Under the pieces are notes generated by a model. The model ran no database searches. It was given only the letters and a program-made list of their open reading frames with translations, and was not told the origin of the DNA. Of a DNA stretch of 64,000 nt, positions 52,401-58,636 are shown in pieces (positions within the stretch are counted from its first letter, which is position 1; each line of letters opens with the position of its first letter). The DNA comes from Flammeovirgaceae bacterium (GTDB lineage: Bacteria > Bacteroidota > Bacteroidia > Cytophagales > Cyclobacteriaceae), in the NCBI GenBank assembly GCA_015180985.1, contig CP054185.1, positions 2,105,225-2,169,224 on the forward strand. The letters run 5' to 3'. The translations under genes and the position numbers were made by a program.

Positions 52401-53162
52401 ATTGTAAACCCTGGTACGTATACCATCTTTTTAACAACAACTAACAGCATAACGAGTCAAACGGCATTTGCCGATAACTCGGGTACAGGCCCGAATGCCA
52501 TGCCGGGTGTAGTTCCTGTTAATGTATACAACCTGCCGTTGGCCTCTTTCCAGGCCAGGCCGACAACCTTGTTTGTACCTGATACAGAACTGGTAACCTT
52601 TAATTTCAGCACGCCATCCGCTCCGGCTGCCGATTCAGTTAACTTCTGGTGGAATTTTGGTGATACCAATGATATTATCAAACAAAACTTTGGTGACCCC
52701 GATCCTACTTATCGTTATCCGGTAGAAGGACTTTATACGGTTACCATGGTAATGCGTGAAGTCCGGGGTGATGTGGTATGTGCTGATACGGTAACCCAAC
52801 AAATCATTGCCCGCGAAGGCGGCCTGGTAAAGGTGCCAAATGCGTTTACTCCTGATCCGAGCGGACCTAATGGAGGCATTCCCAACAGCGGTGCGGCCGT
52901 TAATGATGTATTCCTGCCACTGGTTAGGGGAATCAATGTAAACGAACCTGGTACATTCCTGATGCAGATATTTGATCGCTGGGGTACCATGATTTTTGAA
53001 AGCCGAAACGAACCCGGTGCACCGGTACCCATCCGGGGTTGGGACGGTTACGATCGGAATCAACGACTGTTACCGGCCGGGGTGTATGTATTTAAACTTG
53101 TCCTTCGTTTGTCTGACGGCCAGCAGGTAACGCAGGTTGGAGATGTAACTTTGATTCGATAG
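40476..53162 (+). CDS. Giant cell-surface protein (about 4,228 aa): multi-Ig/PKD-like modules, 16 SprB-type repeats, T9SS type-B C-terminal sorting domain
   Basis: One uninterrupted 12.7-kb ORF. The signal peptide is MVHRSFRFLVIAILLLGFTSAFA; the track uses a GTG at 40470. There are many Cys-bracketed beta-sandwich modules of about 90 aa and a SprB-repeat array at 46635-50816. The C-terminal 109 aa (52833-53159) match the gliding-motility-associated type-B CTD pattern (VPNAFTP...DRWG...WDG...GVYVFKL). A PorP/SprF gene follows after 9 nt. Confidence 0.9.
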   Translation: MVHRSFRFLVIAILLLGFTSAFATVPVASNVRLTGGMKSGLTLTVSYDYFDADGHAQSGSTITWIRYDDNCGNNPSIISSGASLTLNISGGLINAHIAVRVTPRDANGEVGLPVEYRPWSCAPPAPGQDIGPNPVLSGAVFNCSKADGIGVPIPGNIILNPSSLCSPRSLDWQVEYTGINYNSTNPPRIIIDWADGLVETLNPTLVNTFETNLAKQLWRVTRNHVYNYPTTGGTSNASATAGERCTYTMQATWGVGATSCLASGVQTQKFTVWDRENNVQLGTHDINHDPTSTGVEVGENVNVCQGDTNPIRLVDATDFNCTPPLENPQPNNQARWVQFVYGTASTITGNVIINGVSYTPAQLPVWGRVIYQAAPTLAPIHITDNIQMPASAVAGQVFTVTMRTWNICNNFDRNTFDGNGLNPPQAVPDNVFNFRGSASYQSQAPTIPDVNNYFANAAPVTRNYTITIITKPNPPTVPNVDVCEGQSRTISVNPVIGGLTYRWYRSLADALSNTNVIVTANSFTPALGGGATQINPGQRKHFWVTATAANGCISDPTEVTITLRPNLSQPPVITGPTNLCPSSTYVYTLPAPPGNVTITDAITGNFQLATEFLWTVPVAVGTISSGQGTQSLTINSAAAVGSGSISVVQQYVSPPVTTVNGSQCPSTARTLAVNVRARPTVNITPDPANVCEGSTITLNGNPTTSFGSISGHTWGGSTGILDNSTIQTPTVQASTAPGSYGLTYVATADFGGGVFCSSLVDNSTVNVSANPTPAAAGPDQFLCISSPLNATLAGSNPAPGTGTWTRVSGPGGAPTFTPNANTPNAVVTVFANGIHTFRWTVVNGSCSSFDDVVIDFGTTPPVSNAGSDQDECGLSATLNGNDPTFATGTWTQTAGPGTSSFAPNANTRNAVVTVTLPGTYTFRWRLTSGTCPPSDDFVDIIFRDPPTVSGPADFTHCLNNPPTAPFFVNLSGTFGGGASQARWEVVSGTGVFSSSGSATGVFDNTSPATDTYQPSAGDFTAGSVTLRLTTNDPVGACLAVNDPVVITFDRLPSPAAAGPDQQTCDPTTNLAATAANNGGTGTWSIGSALYYQTFTYPNGTGLSGPNPHATVFNHPDGWSITAPTANTLLAADDYLRVQSNVMEAQDVNAELVWRSPIINITAQPNVTISIQMAELGTMEPTDYIRAFYRINGGAEILLGEIVDDSGVDGAFNTFTVTGLTGTTLEIVVRVLNDAGAEFHRFDNIFVSGSGVTPPLIADINSPTSAVSNLPVGNTTFTWTVTSALGVCSSSNDQVVVTRHATPVNNNQTPALCEDAPTLGTATVTLAFLTSLNDAITGIPGSVGRTVQFFTDPARTIPYPVSASLANLDVVYTRVTRTDVSPGCITDGTVTFTVRSRPAAINQTPEFCEDLPVGSNTRAGINLTTFDNAVKNGVAANTVAWFADAGTTIPVPDPTNVTANDGTSFFARVTDTFGCTNVAEVEITINPRPGPNPIIGASNVCVDPTAINLYQITTINAGATYSWSIPDPPFDLFAGAGVNDFFALLAFPVIVNPGQDISVTETSNKGCVGLPNIKNITVESSPPPIVITGPTAVCENEAGVVYSVPNLANTTYAWTVPPGSSIISGQGTSTITVNFGIVAGLVEVVPTTTTGCAGNPASLGVAINPRPSLNPLSNTVCSDTQAGITLAGPGAVTFNITNVSVPPGLSPASRPLVNNAPSSEIFGDIWTNTTGGNLTVQYTVAPVSLAGCVGTAQIVNLTVRPEPVLAPNLNDVICSGTESVSIILAVAPGSSTADQFEITSINTNGLTAVAGNPTTGIFTASVLLDDRWENLTGAPVVVEYFVRPINSVTGCIGDPPIPVIVTVNPEPVVNSPTSETICSGTSPTITLTSTIGGSSFTWTVKSISGLITGASNGTGATITNILVNNGVVPGTVTYEVKATTPAALGSCESDPVDVVITIDPAPTGNNINQTVCSDTPGGNTFFIDLTTLQPSINSGGGITFSWFEDLALTTPIATPSAYTLTNGVPVFAEVDNGQCTKVAQVLFVINPTPSVTTSITSNFNGFNVSCTGASDGQITAVPANGVGPYQFSIDGGATFFASPIFNGLSAAGSPYVVRVRDANMCINNSAPLTLTDPPALSGVAAITSNFNGQHVSCNAASDGVVTITPAGGAGGYTFKLLELPSNTSGDASGVYTGLRAGTYTFVIKDVNNCQFTTATVTINEPAPVTATATLTAPVSCFGNSDGQISVVGGGGTLVGPTYTFTLNQAPFTSNGTGVFTGLAAGNYTVTVQDDNGCTRVSNTVTVTQPPVLTAFASVTSNYNGAKISCAGANDAQVTAIANGGNGGYTFTLVQDPGNLTGTVDGSFENLGPGNYSVFVQDAGGCTVTSALVNVTEPAPVIASGLITGTISCNGASDGQITISGTGGTGAYTFEQINPAGPTNGSGIFSGLADGTYDFEVRDLNLCSDLVQITINQPAAVTASASVTSNYNGSQVSCNGASDGIVTVTASGGTGLLQYVFDQFVFTNTTGQFSGVFTGVPAGTGYTFTVRDSKNCTVVTLPIDVTQPTPVSGSGSVTSNYNGQHITCVGASDGIITVTPAGGTGAYTFRLDQNPANTSGDATGVYTGVGAGVYTITIRDANNCFVVTAPITVSPPPALTATMAVTSNYNGRQISCNGASDGILTVTAGGGVPAYSYLLVEIPGNVTGAASGIFTGVPAGTYTVQVTDLNACVRVTSPVTVTEPAVLNASSAVTSNYNGQQISCFGASDGTIRVTQTGGTPGYTYSFVEIPGNTTGAVSGIFTGVPQGTYTFIVRDVNLCQVTTAPITINQPSAVTASSAVTSNYNGSQISCNGVSDGVITVTGGGGTGVLQYVFDQFPANTTGQFSGIFIGVPAGAGYTFTVRDVNNCQVVSAPISVTEPTVVSGSGAVTSNYNGEDIRCVGSTDGEITVTPAGGTGAYTFKLDQAPTNTSGDLTGIYTGVGAGTYTVTIRDANSCFVVTAPIVVSPPAALTATMAVTSNYNGAQITCNGASDGILTVTAGGGVPAYSYILSPPINTTGDVSGIYTGIPAGSYTVLVTDLNGCQRTTSATIVTQPAVLVPSSTITSNYNGQHVSCFGASDGIIQVTQTGGTATYSYQFIEIPGNVTGAASGIFTGIPAGTYTFRITDINNCTAVTVPITVNEPPALTASASITSNYNGQDISCNGAGDGIVTVTSAGGTGSAIYVFDQFPVANQTGRFSGVFTSVVAGPNYTFTATDVNGCSVVTAPITVTEPAALTGVGNATSNFNGFNISCFNQTDGQLTITFGGGTAPLNFTLLENPGNTTGQLTGVFDNLRAGTYRVRIQDVNGCLLTTAPVAITQPADLNISIAITSNYNSFNVSCFGASDGEISVTSSGGGAGGYTFELFKGGVPTGNVTGQLSGIFTGLNSGLYDINITDVNTCVKKSLPVVIVDPLPLFEGILGFDQGICLGQDDPNPFVELAPAFGSIGNYVYQWQESTDGISFTDVLGATSATFDPPSSLLVKTYYKRVITSGCETLESNVVSVTVNSIPTATLSPSHSPVCEGEFFILNFTFSNGTAPYFFDYNNGTTFVNDRIGADVTPVPVLNYMNTTTFTLTELRDFNGCFATTLPIAVTVPVSKINPNFTVLSPPAQCSGNDFTFQWTVDPDIEYTWIWSDGQQDVIAPNSLPNGTNTITHNFVSFNTSTNTNFPVILSAVNNVDGCGPKQTSQTITIFPNILINMFPNKTEMCSGDQVNIVNPTLGGNSHSWQVIRQSDNVVVENRGPFVAAANQTFTITNQTTSNPNIYNIVYTVSNGSCTAQQTIPVTVYREIVAGFDEGVVPPFIGGNATVTYTNTSSPIDITNFSYDWEFGLSATPLTQSGIGPFTVDYSSPGLKTVRLTAVNTVAQSNGVTCSSIYEEDINILLPPLVAGFTFEPANACFPTQIRILTNTSTGDQFQWRVVDQGGRTVGTSTIPLPVFDIVNPGTYTIFLTTTNSITSQTAFADNSGTGPNAMPGVVPVNVYNLPLASFQARPTTLFVPDTELVTFNFSTPSAPAADSVNFWWNFGDTNDIIKQNFGDPDPTYRYPVEGLYTVTMVMREVRGDVVCADTVTQQIIAREGGLVKVPNAFTPDPSGPNGGIPNSGAAVNDVFLPLVRGINVNEPGTFLMQIFDRWGTMIFESRNEPGAPVPIRGWDGYDRNQRLLPAGVYVFKLVLRLSDGQQVTQVGDVTLIR
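46635..50816 (+). repeat. In-frame tandem array of 16 SprB-type repeat units (about 87 aa, 261 bp each) with a 4-unit superrepeat
   Basis: The unit consensus is TSNYNGxxISCxGASDGxITVTxxGGTGxYTFxL...TGxxSGxFTGVxAGTYTFxVxDxNxC...ITVxEP. Units 6-9 (from 47916) recur as units 10-13 (from 48978). Unit 14 (from 50034) restarts the pattern. Confidence 0.9.
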
Positions 53163-53171
53163 TTTTAGGCT

Positions 53172-54227
53172 ATGCAGAAAATATTGAAATACGGATTTGC
53201 TCTCTTTCTGTGTAGTGCAGGTATTGTTGCTTCTGCTCAGGACCTTCAGTTCTCTCAATATTACAATGCCCCTTTGTATCTGAACCCGGGCTTTGCAGGC
53301 ATCACCCCACAACAACGCCTGGTGGCCAATCACCGCATGCAGTGGCCCAACCTGCCACAGGCTTTCGTTACCTATGCATTTTCCTATGACATCTTCGTGG
53401 AGGAACTTCGCAGTGGTTTTGGTTTGTTAATGACCACCGATAAAATGGGTTCGGCCGGGTGGCGGACAAATTCACTGAATTTCCTGTATTCGTATAAAGT
53501 TAAACTGACGGAAAAACTGGTTTTTTCTCCGGGACTTAATTTTGCATATGGAACAAACGGTATTGATAGAAGTAAAATCAGGCTTGGCGATGGTTTGGAA
53601 TTCGAACGGGATGGTCAATATTATTCTATCGATCCGGACCAGGATAAAATCGGCCAGCAATCGTATTTTGATGTTGGGGCCGGTGCCTTGCTTTATACCC
53701 GGTCGCTGTGGTTTGGCGCTGCCTTTACACATATGAATGAGCCAAACTTATCCGTATTGGGCGATGTAAGCCGTTTACCAATGAAAATGAATTTGCACAT
53801 TGGCTACCGTATGGATCTTTCCGGTGGTGGCCCCCGCTCAACCATGGTTCGTAATTCCTACCTGACCTGGTCGGCTATGTACAGGCAGCAAGGCCCAACA
53901 TTTAATCAGTTTGATATTGGCGTGAACTATCACATCGATCCGGTTTCGGTAGGCTTTTGGTATCGAGGAAAACCCTGGCAAAAGTCGGTAGCCGGAAGTA
54001 TTACACAGGATGCTGCCATTGTTCAGTTAGGACTCTACATGCGCAACCTTACCATTGGTTACAGTTATGACTTTACCGTTTCGGAACTCCAAACAACCTC
54101 GGGTGGAGCGCATGAAATTGCACTGATTTACGAGTTCCTCTCCAAGCCAGTGCAGCGTTCGGTAAAGAAAAAATACCGCCTTATTCCCTGCCCGACTTTT
54201 AATAGCAAGGAAGGCTTCTGGAATTAA
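53172..54227 (+). CDS. T9SS membrane protein, PorP/SprF family
   Basis: Signal peptide, then QDLQFSQYYNAPLYLNPGFAG, the characteristic family N-terminus. Beta-barrel-like composition. It lies immediately downstream of a type-B CTD protein. Confidence 0.9.
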   Translation: MQKILKYGFALFLCSAGIVASAQDLQFSQYYNAPLYLNPGFAGITPQQRLVANHRMQWPNLPQAFVTYAFSYDIFVEELRSGFGLLMTTDKMGSAGWRTNSLNFLYSYKVKLTEKLVFSPGLNFAYGTNGIDRSKIRLGDGLEFERDGQYYSIDPDQDKIGQQSYFDVGAGALLYTRSLWFGAAFTHMNEPNLSVLGDVSRLPMKMNLHIGYRMDLSGGGPRSTMVRNSYLTWSAMYRQQGPTFNQFDIGVNYHIDPVSVGFWYRGKPWQKSVAGSITQDAAIVQLGLYMRNLTIGYSYDFTVSELQTTSGGAHEIALIYEFLSKPVQRSVKKKYRLIPCPTFNSKEGFWN

Positions 54228-54268
54228 CCCAAACGGTACTCACAACATTTGAGTAATTTTGGCTCGTG

Positions 54269-55690
54269 ATGAGTCAATTTAATTACGCTGCAGTTTTAAA
54301 TAATCCTGTTTTTTCCAGAGTGGGCGAAGTGGCCGATAAGCTGGGCCTGGAGACCTACGTGGTTGGCGGCTTTGTGCGCGATGCGATCATGGGACGGTCA
54401 TCCAAGGATGTTGATTTTGTTTGTGTGGGCAGCGGTATTGAACTGGCAACAGCCGTAGCTAAAAGCCTGGGCCCTGATGTGCATGTGCATGTGTATAAAA
54501 ATTTTGGCACAGCGCAGATTCCCTATCAGGAGTTTAATCTTGAATTTGTTGGTGCCCGGAAAGAATCGTATCGCAACGATTCGCGTAAGCCCATTGTAGA
54601 AGATGGTACCTTGCAGGATGATCAGCGCAGGCGTGATTTCACCATCAACGCCATGGCCTTTTGCTTAAACCACAATCAGTTTGGTGAACTGGTGGATCCG
54701 TTTGACGGAATAACGGATATCAAAAAGAAAATTATTCGCACACCAACGGATCCGAAAATTACTTTTTCAGACGATCCCCTGCGCATGATGCGCGCCATTC
54801 GCTTTGCCTCACAACTTGGATTTGACATTGAGCCCGATACGTATGCAGCCATTGTTGAAATGGCCGATCGGATAATCATTGTTTCGCAGGAGCGCATTAC
54901 GGATGAACTCAATAAAATTATTCTTAGTCCGGTTCCCTCATACGGTTTTAAATTACTTTTTCACAGCGGTTTACTAAACCGGTTCTTTCCTGAATTAGTG
55001 TTGCTTCACGGTGTGGAATATGTCGGCAACAAGGCCCATAAGGATAATTTCTTCCACACGTTGCAGGTGCTGGATAATGTGGCGAACGTGTCGGCCGATT
55101 TATGGCTGCGCTGGGCAGCCATCCTCCACGATATAGCCAAGCCGCAAACCAAGCGATACGATAAAGAGCATGGCTGGACCTTTCACGGCCACGAGGATAA
55201 AGGTGCGCGCATGGTGCCCGGTATTTTCAGGCGATTGAAACTGCCGATGGATGAGAAGATGAAGTTTGTGCAAAAACTGGTGCGCCTTCACCTGCGGCCC
55301 ATTCCACTGGCCAAAGAAGTAACCGACTCAGCCATCCGCAGGCTGTTGTTCGATGCAGGTGATGATATTAATGCCTTGATGAAATTATGCCGGGCCGACA
55401 TTACCTCAAAAAATATCGATAAAAAAGGTCGTTTCCTTAAAAATTTTGACCTGGTAGAGCGAAAGATGACCGAAGTAGAAGAGAAAGACAGGATAAGAAA
55501 CTTTCAACCACCCGTTACCGGAGACGAGATTATCCGGATGTTTAACCTGACCCCGGGCCCCCTAATCAAGGAGATAAAAGAGGAGATAAAGGAGGCTATT
55601 CTTGACGGTACCATCCGTAATGACAGAAACGAAGCAATGGAGTTTATGCTCAAAAAAGCCCGGGAACGGGGCTTGGAGCCAGTGAGTTAG
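54269..55690 (+). CDS. CCA tRNA nucleotidyltransferase / poly(A) polymerase-family protein with an HD domain
   Basis: Pol-beta nucleotidyltransferase head (VVGGFVRD...DVDF) and an HD domain (HDIAKP...HGHEDKG). The track uses the GTG at 54266. Confidence 0.88.
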   Translation: MSQFNYAAVLNNPVFSRVGEVADKLGLETYVVGGFVRDAIMGRSSKDVDFVCVGSGIELATAVAKSLGPDVHVHVYKNFGTAQIPYQEFNLEFVGARKESYRNDSRKPIVEDGTLQDDQRRRDFTINAMAFCLNHNQFGELVDPFDGITDIKKKIIRTPTDPKITFSDDPLRMMRAIRFASQLGFDIEPDTYAAIVEMADRIIIVSQERITDELNKIILSPVPSYGFKLLFHSGLLNRFFPELVLLHGVEYVGNKAHKDNFFHTLQVLDNVANVSADLWLRWAAILHDIAKPQTKRYDKEHGWTFHGHEDKGARMVPGIFRRLKLPMDEKMKFVQKLVRLHLRPIPLAKEVTDSAIRRLLFDAGDDINALMKLCRADITSKNIDKKGRFLKNFDLVERKMTEVEEKDRIRNFQPPVTGDEIIRMFNLTPGPLIKEIKEEIKEAILDGTIRNDRNEAMEFMLKKARERGLEPVS

Positions 55691-55744
55691 TGCCCGTGCA
55701 ACCTTTCATTGGCTGGGTTGTCATTCTTAAACTGAAATTATCAC

Positions 55745-56308
55745 TTGAGATCTGAATCACTGAATCCTCACTTTGAGTTGATTGAACGCTGTAAGCGAGG
55801 CGAGGAGCAGGCGTATTTTAAGTTGTATCAGCTATATGCTAAATCCATGTTTAACACGGCCGTACGGATAACCGGACAAGCTGATGAAGCGGAAGATGTG
55901 CTGCAGGAAGCGTTTATCAGTGCATTTAGAAACCTTGCAGAATACCGTGGAGATGCCAGTTTCGGTTCGTGGCTGAAGCGGATCGTGATAAACAAGGCAA
56001 TCAACACGCTTAAAAAACGAAAGTTAGATTTAGTGCCGGAAGATGAAACATTTGATGTTGCCGAAGAGCCGGAGACACACTATAAGCCGGAGTTAACCGT
56101 TGAACGGGTACGTGCTGCCATCATGCAACTGCCGGATGGCTACCGGGCGGTGTTGTCGCTGTATTTGCTGGAAGGTTATGATCACCAGGAAATTGCCGGC
56201 ATTCTTCAGATAACCGAGTCAACATCCAAATCGCAGTTGAACCGGGCTAAGAGCAAATTAAAACAACTATTAACCGTAAACACGTCAGACTATGGAAAAC
56301 AAAATTGA
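55745..56308 (+). CDS. ECF-type RNA polymerase sigma-70 factor
   Basis: Region 2 (DVLQEAFISAF...WLKRIVINKAIN) and region 4 (GYDHQEIAGILQITESTSKSQLNRAK). The apparent start is TTG and remains uncertain. Confidence 0.88.
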   Translation: MRSESLNPHFELIERCKRGEEQAYFKLYQLYAKSMFNTAVRITGQADEAEDVLQEAFISAFRNLAEYRGDASFGSWLKRIVINKAINTLKKRKLDLVPEDETFDVAEEPETHYKPELTVERVRAAIMQLPDGYRAVLSLYLLEGYDHQEIAGILQITESTSKSQLNRAKSKLKQLLTVNTSDYGKQN

Positions 56309-56810
56309 AGATTTTATACGGACTAACCGTAACGAGTTTGATGATCGCAACCCATCTGCAGCGGCATGGTATAAAATTCAGCCTACCTTAAGCCGTAACA
56401 GGGGATGGATTTATGCTTTGCCTTTTTGGCGTGCGGCTGCCGTAGTGTTTATGGTAACCTCGGCCTGGCTGCTGGTGCAAAGGTTTTGGGATAATCAAAG
56501 GCAGCATGCAGTGTTGCGCGAATTTCAGGATGTGGAGTCTTTTTATATTGAACAGATTGCCGAAAAAATCGAACTGATTGAGGCTAACAATGAGGCAGAG
56601 AATGGATTGAATGGCTTTACGCACGATTTCCGGCAACTTGAAGCCATGTATCAGGTGCTGAAGGAAGAGATGAGACATAGGCCGAGTAAGCAGGTAAAAG
56701 ATGCCCTGGTGCTTAACCTGCTCGTGCGGATTGATTTATTGAATCAGCAGTTACACAAACTTGAGAAAGCCGATTGGACGGAGAACGATAAAAAACCGGC
56801 AGCCATTTAG
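56292..56810 (+). CDS. Single-pass membrane protein, probable cognate anti-sigma factor
   Basis: It overlaps the sigma gene by 17 nt. It has a short cytoplasmic N-terminus, one TM helix (FWRAAAVVFMVTSAWLLV) and a helical exterior domain. No HxxxCxxC (ZAS) motif is present. Confidence 0.55.
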   Translation: MENKIEDFIRTNRNEFDDRNPSAAAWYKIQPTLSRNRGWIYALPFWRAAAVVFMVTSAWLLVQRFWDNQRQHAVLREFQDVESFYIEQIAEKIELIEANNEAENGLNGFTHDFRQLEAMYQVLKEEMRHRPSKQVKDALVLNLLVRIDLLNQQLHKLEKADWTENDKKPAAI

Positions 56811-56812
56811 CT

Positions 56813-57520
56813 TTAGTATGCTGTCGCCAGTTCAAAGGGTTCTTTAGCCGAGTCAATTACTTTGCCGTTCTCACATTTTAATACGCGGCTTGGAAACTTT
56901 TTTATAAGGCCGTAGTCGTGTGTAGCCATCAGCACGGCTGTTCCGCTGTTGTTGATTTGTTGAAATAACTTCAGGATGCCATGCGATACCTCCGGATCAA
57001 GATTTCCGGTGGGTTCATCGGCAATCAGAATTACCGGTTCGTTAATCATGGCCCGGGCGATAACCACGCGCTGTTGCTCTCCACCAGAAAGTTGGTGGGG
57101 CATTTTTTTCTCTACAGCGCCAAGTCCAACCTGCATTAACACTTCGCTGAGCCGTGCTTTGATCTTGGCCGTATCGCGCCAGCCGGTAGCTTTCATAACA
57201 AACAGCAGGTTATCGGCAACGGTGCGATCGGGAAAAAGCTGGAAATCCTGGAAGATAATTCCAAGTTTTCTGCGAAGAAGAGGAACCTGCGATGATTTAA
57301 TTCCCCTGATGTTGAACCCTGCCACGCTGATATCGCCAAGCCGGAGGGGCAAATCGGCATAGAGGGTTTTTAGCAGGGAGGATTTTCCTGACCCGGTGCG
57401 TCCTACCAGAAAAACAAACTCGCCTTTTTCAATATCAAAATTAATATCGGCCAGCACGGTGTTACTGTCCTGGAAGATGTGCGCATCTTTAACACGAATA
57501 ACCGGGTCGGTGGAGAACAT
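56813..57520 (-). CDS. ftsE: Cell-division ABC ATPase FtsE
   Basis: Walker A is GRTGSGKSS, the signature motif is LSGGEQQR, and Walker B is [12 protein letters not shown]. Length and pattern are FtsE-like. No ftsX gene is adjacent. Confidence 0.85.
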   Translation of the reverse strand: MFSTDPVIRVKDAHIFQDSNTVLADINFDIEKGEFVFLVGRTGSGKSSLLKTLYADLPLRLGDISVAGFNIRGIKSSQVPLLRRKLGIIFQDFQLFPDRTVADNLLFVMKATGWRDTAKIKARLSEVLMQVGLGAVEKKMPHQLSGGEQQRVVIARAMINEPVILIADEPTGNLDPEVSHGILKLFQQINNSGTAVLMATHDYGLIKKFPSRVLKCENGKVIDSAKEPFELATAY

Positions 57521-57525
57521 AAATT

Positions 57526-58182
57526 TTAACCGTTAGCTTTTTTATGGTCAGCCAGAAATTTCTCCAGGCCAATATCGGTTAACGGATGTTTCAGCAGGCC
57601 TGTTATTACGGCCAGGGGGCATGTGGCTACATCAGCACCAATCTCGGCACATTTAATCAGGTGCATTACATGGCGGATGGATGCGGCCAGTATCTCGGTT
57701 TCAAAACCGTAGTTATTGTAAATCAGCCGGATTTGAGCGATAAGCTCAAGGCCATCCTGCGATACATCATCCAGGCGTCCTAAAAATGGTGATACATAAC
57801 TTGCACCGGCTTTGGCGGCCAGGATGGCTTGACCCGCAGAAAACACCAGCGTGCAGTTGGTGCGGATGCCCTCCGATGAAAATTTCTTCAGCGCTTTAAC
57901 GCCATCTTTAATCATGGGCACCTTTACTACAATTTTGTCATCAATTTTAGCCAGTTCCCTTCCTTCCTTAAGTATGTTCTCATAATCCGTGGCGATTACC
58001 TCGGCACTTACATTGTTATCGACAATATTGCAGATGGCCTTGTAATGCGCTTTGATGTTGGCTTCGCCCGTTATGCCTTCTTTGGCCATCAGCGAAGGAT
58101 TGGTGGTTACGCCATCCAGTACGCCTAAATCGTAAGCTTCTTTAATTTCGTTCAGGTTGGCGGTATCAATAAAAAATTTCAT
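57526..58182 (-). CDS. fsa: Fructose-6-phosphate aldolase / transaldolase (short type 3B)
   Basis: [31 protein letters not shown] signature. The ORF extends to 58236, but the ATG at 58182 fits the family. Confidence 0.92.
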   Translation of the reverse strand: MKFFIDTANLNEIKEAYDLGVLDGVTTNPSLMAKEGITGEANIKAHYKAICNIVDNNVSAEVIATDYENILKEGRELAKIDDKIVVKVPMIKDGVKALKKFSSEGIRTNCTLVFSAGQAILAAKAGASYVSPFLGRLDDVSQDGLELIAQIRLIYNNYGFETEILAASIRHVMHLIKCAEIGADVATCPLAVITGLLKHPLTDIGLEKFLADHKKANG

Positions 58183-58231
58183 GGGTTGTAGTGGTTTGTC
58201 TGTAAAATTAACAATCGGATAAATAAAAAAT

Positions 58232-58322
58232 GGCAAACCAACATCGCACCGCTACAACCGCCTACCCTTGCTACCTTCCGGTCCTGGGGGAGTTCAGCAG
58301 GAGCTGGTCGTGCCGGCTTGCC
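58232..58322 (-). ncRNA. ffs: Signal recognition particle RNA (small 4.5S type)
   Basis: The minus strand reads GGCAAGCC...CUGAACUCCCCCAGGACCGGAAGGUAGCAAGGGUAG...GGUUUGCC. The conserved domain IV with its GGAA tetraloop is present. An 8-bp terminal helix closes the molecule, and CAUUUUUU follows. Confidence 0.85.
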
Positions 58323-58327
58323 GGGCG

Positions 58328-58335
58328 CAAATATA
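58328..58335 (-). promoter_or_regulatory. -7 promoter box (TATATTTG) for SRP RNA
   Basis: Perfect TAnnTTTG match ending 5 nt upstream of the predicted first nucleotide of the SRP RNA helix. Confidence 0.6.
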
Positions 58336-58377
58336 CTTTAATTTTAACTTTGAACCTTGAACTTTTGAACTCGCCCC

Positions 58378-58617
58378 TCACACCAGACCGGACAGATAGA
58401 GGTTAAATTCAAGCGGATTACAAGGCTCAAATGCATCGGCTTTCAGGTCATCAAAAATATGTTCATCAAACTCCAGTTCCCGCAGGGCTGTTTCACCTTT
58501 CGGAGTGCGTGTAATTTCAGTGCCCGTGTAATGGATGGGATTTACCTTTACCAGGATAAGGTTGCCGTTTAGTGTTTTTTTAAAATACTGGTGTACGATA
58601 TTCTGGTTTTTTGCCAT
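58378..58617 (-). CDS. Hypothetical protein, 79 aa
   Basis: ATG-initiated ORF that fills the gap. No family was recognised. Confidence 0.4.
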   Translation of the reverse strand: MAKNQNIVHQYFKKTLNGNLILVKVNPIHYTGTEITRTPKGETALRELEFDEHIFDDLKADAFEPCNPLEFNLYLSGLV

Positions 58618-58636
58618 GATCCCTTAGCTTCGTTCC

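Noticed and set aside
41764-53063. Numerous 60-150-aa ORFs in other frames or strands inside the giant gene
   Set aside because: They are shadow ORFs created by the biased Thr/Gly/Asn/Val codon usage of the repeat-rich gene. Some recur only because the underlying coding repeats recur.
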